Source: Camelus ferus (lineage: Eukaryota). From it: DNA of 64,000 nucleotides. Both the position numbers and the translations under genes were made by a program. The stretch spans positions 22,446,001 through 22,510,000 of the forward strand of contig NC_045697.1 in the NCBI RefSeq assembly GCF_009834535.1, written 5' to 3'. The notes under the pieces are model-generated. The model saw only the letters and a list, made by a program, of their open reading frames with translations, ran no database searches and had not been told where the DNA came from. This document shows positions 51,100-64,000 of this stretch, piece by piece. Within the stretch, counting starts at the first letter, position 1. Each line of letters starts with the position of its first letter.

Positions 51100-54000
51100 G
51101 CTGGGAACCTAAGTAAATGCCTTGAAAAACCGGTGGCTAGATGGACATAAGTCAGCAAAAAATAGCAATTTAAGGCACTCCAAAATTTCTGTACCCATAA
51201 AAGCAAGGATAAAATTAGAAACAATTGTTTGAATTAGCTTTTTCAGGACATTAGAAATTAACCAAAGGTTTGCAGGAGGGTTGAATCTCAGTATGAATAA
51301 TGAGATTTTGGCATTTTAACTTGCCCTGTTCTTAACCACCACCACCTCCTGTCCCCAGCCACTCTAGCTTTTGAATAGACTTGACCACTAGCCTAGTATA
51401 CTTTAGCCAATAGCCCACAAACATGTTGAAATCCAGCATCCTTGTGTCCAGCAGAAAGAGAAGAAAAGAACTGGTGTTCCTCAAAGTTTCACCCCTGGAA
51501 AATCATTAATTGTTGTCTGGAAGTTCCCTGGAAGATTCTACTTGCAAGGATGTCTTTCTTTGACCTGAGTTAAAGCTCACACAATGTGAAAAGGCTTTTC
51601 TCTGGAGGTGTTCATTGAACATGATGATTTAGAGATCACTCTACCTTGCAGAGTTGTCTGAGACAGTGGACAGTAGTTGGGGCCAACAATGAGATAATCA
51701 AATGCTTAAAATGAAAAGCTAGGAAATAAGATGTCCATAGGACGTCTTGGGAATCTAGCAGGGCATACACATGTGCATGGGGCTCTATATACACTGAGAA
51801 ATAACTTGAGAAGGTTCTAAGCTGTCATCTCTGGCTGACCTTGAAGTTCTGAGGAAGTATGAAATGAAGGATAAGCTATCAACTGCCTGTTGATGGCATG
51901 CCTCAACATGCACAAAGAGTTATCAGCCAAGACTAGGAGACTTCTTAAGAAAATATATGTCCACCTGTTCCATAATTAGCAGATCTCTAAACTAACCAAA
52001 GACTTCAGAAGTCACACACAACAAATACAGACCTTAAAGAATTAGTTCAGAAACTTTAAGATAAAAAACAAAAAAACCCAGTAAGAACAATCATAAATAG
52101 CAACAAAAATCACCCTGAAAAAGGGAGAGAAACTGATTTTCAGAGTTGTCACATTGTATTATTTAAAATGTCCAGTTTGGAACAAAAAAATTATGAGGTT
52201 TGCAAAGAAACAAGAAAGTATGGCCTATATATAAGGAAAAAAAAGCTATCGATAGAACTTGTTGAAGAAGCCCACATGTTAGACTTACTAGACAAAGACT
52301 TTAATTTAGCTTTTAAAGATACTTTCTGAGAACTAAAGAAAACCATGTCCAAAGACATAAAAGAAAGTATGAGAATGTCATCTTCCCAATAGAAAATATC
52401 AATTACAAATAAGAAATATCAATAACACATTATAAAAGGAACAAAATATAAAATTTAAAGTTGAAGATTTAATAACTAAAATTAAAAATTTACTACAGGG
52501 GGTCAACAGTAGATTTCAGCAAGCAGAAGGAAGAATCTTTAAATCTGAATAAATTCAACTGAGGTTATGCAGTCTGAGAAAAGAGAGAGAAAAAATAAGA
52601 GGAAAATAGTGAAAATATCCTCAGAGATCTGAGCACATCATCAAATATATCAACATGCTTGTAATGTGAATCAAGAAAGAGAAAGTAGTAGAAAGAATAT
52701 TTCAAAAATTCATGGCTGGAAATTTCCTAAATTTAATTTTAAAAAATTAGTCAACACATCCAAGAAGCTGTCAAATATCATGCTGGTTAAACTCAAAGAG
52801 ACCCACACCTAAATCCTTCATAATCAAAATGTTGAAAGCAAAGATAGAGATAATCTTGAAAGCAGCAAAAAAGCAGTGACTCATCACATTTATGAGATCA
52901 TCAATAAGATTACAGCTAATTTCTCACCAGAAACCATGGTAGTTATAAGCCATATTTAAAATGCTGGAAGAAAAAAATCATTATATTCAGCAAAACAATC
53001 TTTCAAAAATGAAGGAGAAATTAAGCATTCTAAGATCAATAAATTCAAAAAACTTAGTCACTAGTATACTGATCATAAAAAAAAAATACTAAATCTTTCA
53101 GGCTCTAAGGAAAGGATACTAGACAGGGACTCAAAGCTATGTGAAGAAAGAAAGAACTCCAGTAAAGTTAACTACATAGTCAAATATAAAAGATAGTATA
53201 TAAAAAGAGATAAAAACCACATTTCTTCTGTATAGCACAGAATATCTTGTAATAAACTTTAATGAAAAAGAACATAAAAATGAATATATATATATATATA
53301 TGCAAAAAAGAGAGTGCAAAATATGTATTTTCTGTAACCCTTTTTCTCCTACCTGACTTAAAAGACAATTGCATAATGTAATGTTTATAAGATGTGTTGA
53401 TGGCATAAAATATATAAAGATGTAATTTGTATGGAAATAACAGAACAAAGGAGTGGGAAAGGAATGGAGCTACACATGGAAAGGGTTTTGTATACTATTG
53501 AACTTAAATTGGTATTAAGTTGAACTATATTTTTATAAATTAAAAATTTAACTATAACCAATATTAAGAAATAACTTAAAAATATAATAAAAGAAATGGC
53601 AAGGAAATAAAATTGTATACTAGAAAGTATCTAATACAAACACAGGAAGCAATGGAGGAGTAGAGGGTTAAAAAATATATACACATACACACATATGTGT
53701 ATCACATAGCAAATGGCAGTTATGTCTTACTTTATCACTACTTATGTTAAAAGTGGATGAATTTGATACTTTCATTAAAAAAATGAATGTTGGCAGCACA
53801 ATTTAGGAATAAAGACAACAAAACTTGATCCAACTAAATACTGTCTATGAGATATACTTTAAGTTCAAAGACACAAATAGATTAAAAGTAAATTAATAAA
53901 AAAAAGATACACCATGCAGACAGTAACTATAAGGAAACTGGAATAGCTATAATATTATTAGGCAAATAGATTTTGAGACAAAGTTTGATACTGGTGTAAA

Positions 54001-56065
54001 CAAAAAATATATTTCACAATAAAAAGTTCAATCCAAAAGAATATATACCAATTGGAAACATATATGCATCAAACAAAGGAGTTAAAAGCATGTGAAATAA
54101 AAACAAAGAATTGAAGGGACATGCCAATAAAATAAGGTTTCTACTTCAATATTCAATTTTCAATAATAAAACAATTAGAAGATAAATAAGACAAGATCTA
54201 GACAATACTATTAACCAATTAGACCTAATGTATATCTATAGAGCAAACACAGCAGAATGCACCTTCTTCTCAAATGCAGAGAGAACATCTTCCAGATTAG
54301 ACAATACAACAAGTCTTGATAATTTAAACAGGAATGGAATTATACAAAGTATTTTTAAAAACCTCAGTGGAATGATATTAGAACTCAAAAAGGAAAGACA
54401 TTTGGGAAATTCACAAATATGTGGAGATTAATCAACATTCAAACAACAAAGGAGTCAAAGAAGAAATAACAGAGAAAATTATAAAATATTTTTGATGTAT
54501 GAAAACAAGGGTGCATCATACCAAAATTTATGAGCTGCAGGAAAATTCTCAGTATGAAATTTCTAACTGCAAATGCCTACATTAAAAAAAAATTTCAAAT
54601 CAATTCCACTTTAAGAGACTAGAATCTGCAGACTGAATGAAATCAAAAGCAAGCAGATGAAGGCCCTAAAGATTAGAGAGAAAATAAATGAAGTAGCAAA
54701 TAGAAAACCAGAGGAGAAAAACTAACACAAATGAAGTTGAGTGTTGAAAAAAATCAACAAAATTGACTAATATTTAGCTATACTCACCATGAGAAAAAGA
54801 GAACTGAAATTACTAAAATCAGAAATGAAAGAAGGAACATTACTACTGACTTTACAGAAATAAATATAAGGGAAGACTATGATCAATTTAGATAATCTAA
54901 AAAAAAAAAAAACCAGGACAAATTCCTAGAAAAATAGAAACTACTATAATTAACTCTGTAAGTAATTGATAAATTGAAGAGTCTTATAACAAATAAAGAG
55001 ATTGACTTAATCACTATCCACAAAGAAAGGTTTAGGACTAGACAGATTCACTGTTGAATTCTACCAAACATTTAAAGAAGAGTTAATACCAATCTTTCAC
55101 AAAGTCTGCCAAAATATAGAAGACGAGGAAACACTTTCCAACTCATTCTATGAGGCCAGTTTTACCTTCACACAAAAACCAAATTAAAATTTCACAAGGA
55201 GAGAAAACTAAAGACCATTCCTTATGAATACAAATACAAAAGTTTTCAATATTCTCAAAAACACACTAGCAAAAAAATCCACTAACATATAGAAAAGATT
55301 GCACACCATGACCAAATAAGATTTATGGCACTAATTTAACATTGGTTGAACATGTGAAAACCAACAAATGTAATATATTATAACAATACAATAAATACAA
55401 AAGAACAGATAATAACAAGTGTTGAGAAAGATGTAGAAAAATTGGAACCCTCGTACATTGTTGGAGAGAATAAAAATAGTAAAGCCATTTTGGAAAATGT
55501 TTTAGCAGTTCTTCAAAATGTTAATGTTACCCAGCATTTCTACCTTTGCATATACACCCAAGAGAATTAAGAACCCATATTCATGCAAAAGCTTGTACAT
55601 GAATGTCCATCATCACTATTCGCAATAGCTACAAAGTGGAAACAACCCAAATGTTCATCAGCTAGTGAACTGATAAAATATGGTATATCCATACATTGGA
55701 ATATTATTTGGCTATAAAAACAGATTAAGTATTGTTGCATGCTATAACTTGGATGTATCTTGGAAACATGCTAAGTGAAAGAAGTCAGTCACAAAACCAA
55801 AACCCACAAATTATTTGACTTCATATATAGAAAATGTTGAGAATAAAGTGCATAAAAATAGAAAGTAGATTAATGGTTGCCAGGGATTGGAGGAATGAAG
55901 AGAATAGGGAGTGACTGCTAATGGGTGTGGGGTTTCTTTTGTAGTGATGATTTCTGTAATCAGATTAAAGTTATGGTTGTACAACTTATGAATATACTAA
56001 GAACAACTGAGCTGTACACTTTAAAAGGGTCATTTTTATAGTATGTGGATTATGTGTTAATTAAG
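51100..56065 (+). mobile_element. Large old L1 (L1M4-type 5' end, ORF1, ORF2 5' half, L1MB7-like 3' end) with internal deletion near 55405
   Basis: 5' UTR gaaattaaccaaagg...ggcattttaacttgccctg; ORF1 agagacccacacct...aatcttgaaagcagca; ORF2 ttcaaagacacaaatagatt, gaattctaccaaacatttaaagaag, actcattctatgaggccag; 3' UTR gagtgactgctaatggg...tgtacactttaaaaggg. Confidence 0.92.
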
Positions 56066-57074
56066 AGCCCCCTAAAAACTAATGGTAATTGCCCATTGCA
56101 AAAAGAGTATCATTCTCTACCCCATCTCTGTACAGTTAGACAACAAACACACTGGAATTTATGCTTTATCAATTGGCTTTAAGAAAAAATAAAAACCTTT
56201 TTTTTTCCACTTGAATCCCTCATGATGGGATATATATTCTTTCTCTAACTCTATTGATATGCTTTGCTGATTTTTTTAATCAAAATTTATTGGAGTGATT
56301 CATCTCTTGTCTGCAGAAATAAGCTTTATAAAACAAAAGACATGGAGTGGTTCATGTGTCAAAACTGTGTAATAGATCAGGCTATCTCCTCTGACTTTAA
56401 TACACTAAATGAAAATATATAAAAGTTGGAATAAATTATTTTGTTTAATAATTAGTAGTCACAAAATCTCCGATAGAAAATAAGTGGTTTTTGTTCTAAT
56501 GAATTTCTTCTGTTGTAGTCAATCATATCTTCTGTTTTATATATTCTGTTTTATATTTATAATGAATGTTGTTTTCCTTGAGAATCTCAATAGCTTTCCA
56601 CATTGTGGTTTGATTTATGTTGGATTATGAGGCACAGACATATGCTGTATTAAATAAACTTTGTTTTACCTTTATAACTTGTTTTGATATTATTCTATTA
56701 TCTCTTTATATACCCACTTGTTATGTACTTTCATAATACAATCTCAGCTTTTCAATTCCTTTTCTTTTACAGCTACTGGTTTTGATTTTTTACCTTTATT
56801 TCTATATTTCACAAAAAACTGTAACATTCATTCCCTGAAAATGGATAAATGTAAATGCAATTTAAAAATAAGTCAATCAACAGTCATTATATTTCTCTAA
56901 TGGAAATTTAAATATCTATCATGGCTAGAAAATTAAAATCTTTATTCATGTGAATTGATGCTTGACAAATATCAAAATATCACTTAATATTGTCTGATAT
57001 TCTACCTGATACATAACCAAAGATGTTTAACATGCTGCAGTGATATATTTACTACTCAGAATGTTTTTCAGAAT

Positions 57075-57535
57075 GTTTTCTTTTATAGGGAGGAGTAAAC
57101 AAGGCTAGAAAGAACTGAGTGTGGGCAGCTACAAAAAAGAGTGAGGTGATCAGATAGTAGATTAGAAAATGTTTTACCCTGAGGCCAGCCTATTGTCAGG
57201 AGGGGCTATTAAGGAGGGGGTTACATACAGGATGAAGTTTCATCAAGGTTCAGTGGCCTGGAGGAAGTAAATAAATTTAACCAAAGTTCGGTTAACAAGA
57301 ATTTTGTGCTGACTGGTCAATGGGGACAAACAGTTCAGCTAATTATTTATGAGGCAAATAATGGTAAATTAGAAAACTTCTGCCCAGCTTTGTCATAAAT
57401 AAACCAGGAAAGATTTGTACGTCTTCTCTAAGTCACGTGGAGAAGAGTGTTTTCTTTGCAGTAAGAAGGCTGGGAGAATTTCTTAACCATTACTGTTTTC
57501 CGTGAACACAGAGCTCAGGTAAAAGTCTACTGTAA
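57075..57535 (-). mobile_element. ERV1 LTR fragment (MER67-like)
   Basis: ttttaccctgaggccagcc...aacagttcagctaatt...ttctttgcagtaag...tttcttaacc...gctcaggtaaa. Confidence 0.65.
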
Positions 57536-59076
57536 AACAATAATATATAACACATTGAAATACCAATACAATAATTCTCCCTATGGAATTTTGAATGTTG
57601 TAAGTATATTTCAGACTACCAAGACTTTTCTTTTCTTGGTGACAGAAATTGTAATCATCTCTCATTTGTCAGTTTTAATAATTCTGGCCAAACTGATGTC
57701 TTGGACTGAACTTTCCCAAGTCCTGCCTTAGTCTTGCATGACCTAAATGCATAGTGACTTAGAATGTTCTCTACCAGGAAGGCATCTTACCAAGGTCTTT
57801 TAAAGTATATTTTTTCCTTCATTTGAACTTTTCTGTTCAGTATCTGTAAATTTCTCTTATTCCAAAAGTAGAAGTCACTTGGTAAAAACAATTGGAATCA
57901 TGTGGAAATCATCTCCAGGAAACAGTAAACATGATACTATATTTACGCACATTTGTTTATTGTAGGAGAAGTTCCCAAATTGTTCAAAGATATTCAAAAT
58001 ATTTTGTGATCCTCAACACATGTCAACACTATGTCTCTGGTCTTCTACACTATACCAATATGAGTATTTCTGCTTATGGGATAATTATACTTTTTATTGA
58101 AAATTTATCAATTAACATTTTAATCTTGTACAGCAATCTATTAAACTCAATTAACAGGAGCCTGTCTTTGAAAACACAGCTATACTTTCAGTTTGTCTAC
58201 CAAAAAAACAAATTAATAAGCTTGAAAGGCTGAGTACGAAGAGTTCTTACTAAAGTCACTAAAGTAACAAATTCCCTTGGGACTAAAACTTGGTACCAGT
58301 AGGTACGTCTTAGCATTACCTTTGTTGAACATGAGCATTTGCTGTTGTTTGGATTTTTGTAGTCTGTGTCATTAGAAAGATTTGTCTGGTGAGCTTACTG
58401 TGGCATCAACAACTTGCACAGGTAAGAACAACAGTTGAGGAAAAACAGCTATAATTGCATGCCTTAGACTATCAGAGGTTATCAGCTGCCAAGTATCACA
58501 ATTAAATGCATGGGAAGCTTAGCTTTCACAATTCACTGCAACTGGACAGTTAGGAAGAGACCAACATTTACATGTACCATAAGTATAGCATGAGCAATGA
58601 TTTTATTATGTGGAACATTTATATGATTTTTTAAAAAGTAAGTATTGTTGGTTTAAGATGTTTATGGTTACATGGTTTCTTTATAAACGGAAGCATCTGT
58701 GCCTGAGCCATCACCATTCTACATTCAGAGAGTAATCAAAACTAGTTCCACTGCTTTGAAGAAAGGACCTGTGACTCTTTGGAAATTAAAATGCCAGCTA
58801 CAGGAAGAGAACTGCTGTTTGGGTCAAATATTTTCCATGTGTATAGATAGAGAACCAATCTCCTGAGTTTAAAACTGAACCATGATTGTTAGCTTGAATT
58901 TTAATTAGTGAGCAAAGATGCAGACTAGATCACATTCTTTTCTGTTTTAAATACATATTCCACATTTGAGATATATTTGAATATATTGACTTTATATGGC
59001 TTATCTATTTCATATATGATGGGGTGACTTTGCTATGGATGTGGGTAAGTATGTGAACAATACATGTATATCAGTA

Positions 59077-59571
59077 CAGATGGTCCTTGACTTAATGATT
59101 TTTTTTTTTACTATGATGGTACAAAAGCAATACGCATTCAGTTGAAACCATACTTTGAATTTTAAATTTTTATCTATTCTGGGTCAGCAATATGTGGTGG
59201 GATCCTCTCTTGGGATGCTGGGCAGCAGTAGGGAGCCATAGTTCCCAGTCAGCCATGCCATCAGGAGGGGAGACGATCAATACACTGACAACCATGCTGT
59301 ATCCACACAACCATTCTGTTTTTCCCTTTCAATAGAGTACTCAATAAATTTCATGAGATATTAAACAGTTTGTTATAAAATAGGCTTTGTGTTAGAGGAT
59401 TTTGCCCAACTGTAGGCTAATGTAACAGTTCTGAGCACATTTAAGGTAGACTAGGTTAAGCAATGATGTTTGGTAAATTATATGTATTAAATGCGTTTTT
59501 GACTTATGATATTTTCAACTTAAGATGGATTTATGGGGGCATGACCCTATCATAGGTTGAGGGAGGATTTG
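59077..59571. mobile_element. TcMar-Tigger element (Tigger5/MER47-type), complete
   Basis: TA|cagatggtccttgactta...aggttgagggaggatttg|TA; internal aggctttgtgttagaggattttgcccaactgtaggctaatgta. Confidence 0.92.
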
Positions 59572-61099
59572 TATTTAGGTTACAAATTAGTTAAGTGCAC
59601 AAAATAAATTTATACTACAATTGCAGACATTAAAAGTGGGTTAAAGTATAATTTAAAAAAAGAAAAAAGAAGAATTAGCCACTAGGGTCTTCTGAACTTA
59701 CATGATAATGATGTACACAGGTAACCAACCATGTAGTGAATCAGAAAAGACCATATTTCAATCTATTGCCTTTTGGGGAGAAGAGAACACTATAATTAAT
59801 AAAACTGTCGATCAAAATTGGAGAGTAAATAGAAGAAGGAGGAGAGGAAAGCCTAAACATGAAATAAGTTTAATATATGAAAGAAGTGAAATAGTCTCTC
59901 TTCTTTAGAGAAAGAAATGTTCTTACAAAATAACAAAAATATGTAAGACAGAATTAAGAATTGCTGATTAATTTGATAACCTGACCTTTGAGCCTAAGGA
60001 CAATTAAAAAGTGTTTTTAGACTAAAATTTAAAAAATACTGGAGAAGTTCATGTTTTAGCTATATTTTATTCTTAAAATTAAAAAAATAAATGAGAAATT
60101 ATTAATTTTGCATTTAGAAAAAATATACCTATATCAAGGAATAAATATACATAAATATACATATGCATAAATGAGTGATAAGTTGAGATTCCCATACATG
60201 ACCCAAACTCTTATTTTATGTTGGCTAATTTGATAGTAACTTTGCTGAAAGCTGATTTAAAGCTTGTCTGAAATTTACAAATGTATATGTATGCATTTAT
60301 TTAGTTAAATTTCAAGATTAGTAGATTGAAATAGTCTATATTTGTTAATTTTTTTTCTAGGTAAATAAAAGTAAAGTAACAGTGACCAAAAAAGTTTGTT
60401 CCTCAACCTTAATCTGAAAATGTTTTAAAGTGTTTAGACTCTGTCATAGGATGATTATGAGATAAAATTCCTGAGGTAGTTGACACATAAAATGATTTTA
60501 AAGAGGTACTTAAAATAAATATATGGGTCATTTTGAGTTTTTGATGGCTCCACATACATAAAGCCAATTTTAATCAACATGGAAAAATATAAAATTCATG
60601 CAAATAGCATAAGAATCTGCATCTTTAAGCTCTTTTGACGAAGCAGACTAAAATGGAAAGGTCATCCCTAAAGGTTTTCCATAAGGTTAATAAAGCAGAC
60701 TTCAGCTTTTTACAACCTTCATCCAACCTCTTTTCTATTTCTTGGAAAGCAGATTTCCATGAACCTGAAACAGCCTCTGATTTTAGCGGCTCTGGCTTTG
60801 CCTATGCCTTTGAAAAGGAATTTAAAAGTTTATAAAATATGATATCCTTTAAAGAAACTCTGTGCACTTAAATACATTTGTAAAATACCCGAAAATATCT
60901 AAAATGATACACATTGAACTTTATAGTGGAAAGTCGGAGGTGAGTTAGAATTGCAAGGGAATGATCAAGAGGAATTACATTCATGTAATGTTTTATTTTA
61001 AAGGATGAGTTAGTCATGTAATCTTTGTAGAATTATTTTATAATGTATGCTTAAATAAATCAATATGTATGGATATGTGTGTAGACAGAGAAAGTTTGA

Positions 61100-61680
61100 A
61101 TGACATTATTCCAGGATTAGGATTTGGAAGAGACACCTGGGATGTCCCTATACAGAGAAAATGTCACGTAAAGACACAGCGAGCAGGTGGTCACCTGCAA
61201 GCCAAAGAGAGAAGCTTCAGGAGAAACCAAACCTGCCAATACTGTGATCTTGGACTTCTATCTTCCAGAACCATGAGAAAATAAATTTGCATTTTTTTTT
61301 TTTGGCTTTAAACTTTTCTGGTCATATGTATTTAATGCATTTTTGCATTAAATTTATAAGTGTATTCCTTTTGGAATTCATAAATTTAATGCAATGTATT
61401 TAAGGCATTTTTCTTTCTATTACTTAGCAGAAACATTATTTATATCGAATCAGAACACACACTTATAAACAATGAAAATCATCAAAATTACACATATCTT
61501 GTGGCACAGTTTTTAAAGTATGCTGTCAAAACCACATCTTCAGATTTTTTTTCAGATGTTATAGTTTGGTTTACAAAGGTCCATATTTTCATTTGTTGTA
61601 AATAATTTTTTTAAACTTGGATGGTTTAAGCAATCTAGTCTGAAGTATTTTGTTATGGCAGTCTGGCAGAGTTATATATG
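61100..61680 (+). mobile_element. MLT1B LTR 3' half, split by a ~320-bp insertion
   Basis: ctgcaagccaaagagag...tcttggacttc...gagaaaataaattt | gtttaagc...gtattttgttatggcag. Confidence 0.85.
61292..61611 (-). pseudogene. Polyadenylated retroposed fragment (orphan 3' UTR retrocopy or transduction), source unknown
   Basis: T12 at 61292-61303; minus-strand ATTAAA 27 nt before the poly(A); TSD taaatttgcat (61282-61292)/taaacttggat (61612-61622); interrupts a contiguous MLT1B. Confidence 0.7.
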
Positions 61681-61699
61681 GCAGTCTATACAAATTTCT

Positions 61700-63110
61700 A
61701 TTTCCATGTTCAAATGTAAGGGGCCTGGAGGGGTCACAGAAACCATTGCAGGAGTTCTGTGGTGGGAGAATCATAGTGATACTAAAACATTATTCATTTT
61801 TTCTCTCCCTTCTATTGATCTTTGTCAAAATGGTAAAAAAGCAAGAATGTGTAAAGGTGCCTTAGCACTAATCAAGGTCGTGGTACCAATTACATTAGTA
61901 GTCATTCAACTCCACATTCTCGCAGGGAAAATAAAGAAAAAGAAAAAGAACGCATTATGAAGCCATAACAACAAATACTTTCATTAAATCTTGATGTTTG
62001 AGTAAATATCTTTGCAATTTGATGTGACAAAGTAGCAAATATGTATCAAGCTCTTCTGTTGCATAACCAAAGTGTGATGATTGTTCCCAGAAAAAACACT
62101 GGGAATTATTTGAATTGCAAGCTGAAGGAGGTTGCTTTTTTTCCATGAAATTCCATTTGTACTTGAATGAATGATTTATTGACAAATTATGTTTACTTAC
62201 AACTGGATATTTGACAAGAATTCTTTTCAAAATTAAATGATGTGAGCCTGTCACTTCATGGAAAACAAATGACAGTGGTTTTTGCCAATGTTAAAATTTG
62301 AATGCTCAAAGTGAAAATTAGCCTTCTGGAAAACTTGAATACATTCCCATGAGCTCCTCAATATTTAAGAACATTTCTGCTGAGACTGGAAATAGTTATA
62401 AAATGTGATTTTTTGATATTATAAAATAAAATGTATAAACATTTGTAGTGTTTTAATAGATCAAAGAACCAATGCCTTTCACATGACCAATGCATGATGT
62501 CATAAAATCATTCAAGGGCAAAGCATACTTTCACAGTGTATGATGGCTCCATGGCATTTTAATGAATCAGAGCATGAAAAATCAACTTAGTTTCAGATTC
62601 TACTTTGCAACTGACTTTAAAGTAGCTATCATTTCACAAGTTTTGGTGAAGTATAAAAGAAGAATATCAATAATTTTCTAAAAGTCAGTCAAACACCTCT
62701 TTCCTTTTCAACTACTTACTTGTATGAGCCTGAATTTTCTGCACAGACTTCAGACAAAACAACATGTTGCAACTGATCAAGTGCAGATGCAAATATGAAA
62801 ACTCAGCTGCTTTCGATTAAGTCAGATCTCAAAGAGATTTGCAGAATTGTAAAACAATGTTATTCTTTTTTGCTAATTTATTATTTACTTTAAAAATATG
62901 GTTATTTTTCATAAAATATATTATTTATGTTTTATGTAATAGGTTTATTATTGTTATTTTAGCATAATACATAAAATTTTTCAATGGTAAGTTCTAATAC
63001 AGCAAGTCAATACTGATAGATATAATCTACATAAACTAAAGTCTTTTTTCAGTTTTTAGTAATTTTTATGAGTGTAAAGGAGTTTTGAGACCAAAAAGTT
63101 TGATATCTAC
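61700..63110 (+). mobile_element. Charlie1a-type hAT DNA transposon
   Basis: gtgccttagcactaatcaagg...gtgagcctgtcacttcatggaaaacaaatgacag...gtttcagattctactttgcaact...tgagaccaaaaagtttga. Confidence 0.88.
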
Positions 63111-63247
63111 AGAAGGTAATGTTTCCATGGGGAGATATTTTATGAAACCCTGATAACCTTTTATAGTTGGATATCTCAATACTTCTACTAGCTCTAAGTG
63201 TATTCCTTTTGGAATTCATTCTTATTGTAGACAGTTATATTCCCTAA

Positions 63248-63410
63248 TTCATTTCTTCATTCAGTCAACAATTACTGACACCGGTCTAGATGAAGATATA
63301 GCAGAGGAAATAAAAAAAACCAAGCAAGAAATTACCTTTCATTTGGACTATGTACTAGTAGAAAAGACAGAAGTTTATAAATAAACAAATATACAAAATA
63401 TAATGCTTCT
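63248..63410 (-). mobile_element. L2 3' fragment
   Basis: ttcatttcttcattcagtcaaacaattactga... Confidence 0.55.
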
Positions 63411-64000
63411 ATATTATAAATATACTTCTAAGTCAGTCATAAAGACCTAGAATTTAAAAGTAATTATTTCACACACCATATGAATTTTAAGCCACAAAGA
63501 AAGAGAGATTTCATGAACTCTTTTGGTTAGTTTCTAATTTGAATCAATCATCTTGGCCCATCTTTACATGAATATTTGGATGCAAATCAGAACATTCGTT
63601 GGCCACAATGGTGCAAAAAGAAAGTCATTTAGACTCTGTAAAATCTACTCCATATGGCCCACTTGGCTATTGAGTTAGCAGATTTTATTTCATAAGCATT
63701 CTAGACTTGGCCACGTTATCACATACCCTGCCTCTTCTAGGTTAAGGTATTGCATAATCTATTTGGACCACAATCTAACTGTGATACCTTTCAGGATGAT
63801 GGAAGGAAGTAAACTTTGTTTAAGTTTATGAACTAAATAAGACCAGTTTTCCTCCATTTTATTTTCTCCTTCGTGCTTTCCCCACTAATCTCCTGAGCTG
63901 CAATTATCTCTTTTGTTTTGGCACCACTAGTCTATCTCTAATTTCCATATCAAAGATTCAAATCTGACATCGCAACATTCAGTCTTTGTGAAGTTGGGAA

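Noticed and set aside
19096..57080. Scattered 10-13 bp microduplications (~19096, ~29058, ~36563, ~57057)
   Set aside because: Ordinary slippage indels with unrelated sequences and no periodic organisation.
58363..58421. 59-nt plus-strand exon-like segment (tttgtag...CAG|GTAAGA)
   Set aside because: Stops in two frames, weak pyrimidine tract and no other support; pseudo-exons are common.

Overview
AT-rich, CpG-poor eutherian DNA, intergenic or deep intronic. One tRNA-derived SINE of the Vic-1 type (30230-30375), with no Alu, B1, Bov-tA or PRE-1 seen, points to a camelid. I cannot support any protein-coding gene. The ORF-track entries are short, and most fall in decayed transposons. Roughly half the window is recognisable ancient repeats: L1M/L1MB/L1MC/L1ME, L2, MIR, many MaLR/ERVL/ERV1 solo LTRs, a two-LTR ERVL provirus (31185-34979), hAT and Tigger elements, and a near full-length piggyBac (Looper-type) fossil with its TTAA terminus. 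Repeat family names come from my recollection of the consensus sequences, not from a search. I found no convincing new biological system. The most interesting signals are: (1) complex templated-insertion repair scars, including a 25-bp and a 96-bp copy of nearby DNA; (2) an orphan polyadenylated retrocopy; (3) a sharp CpG-gain tract in an old L1; (4) a STAT-motif cluster that also folds into a hairpin; (5) a few well-formed but unproven exon candidates.
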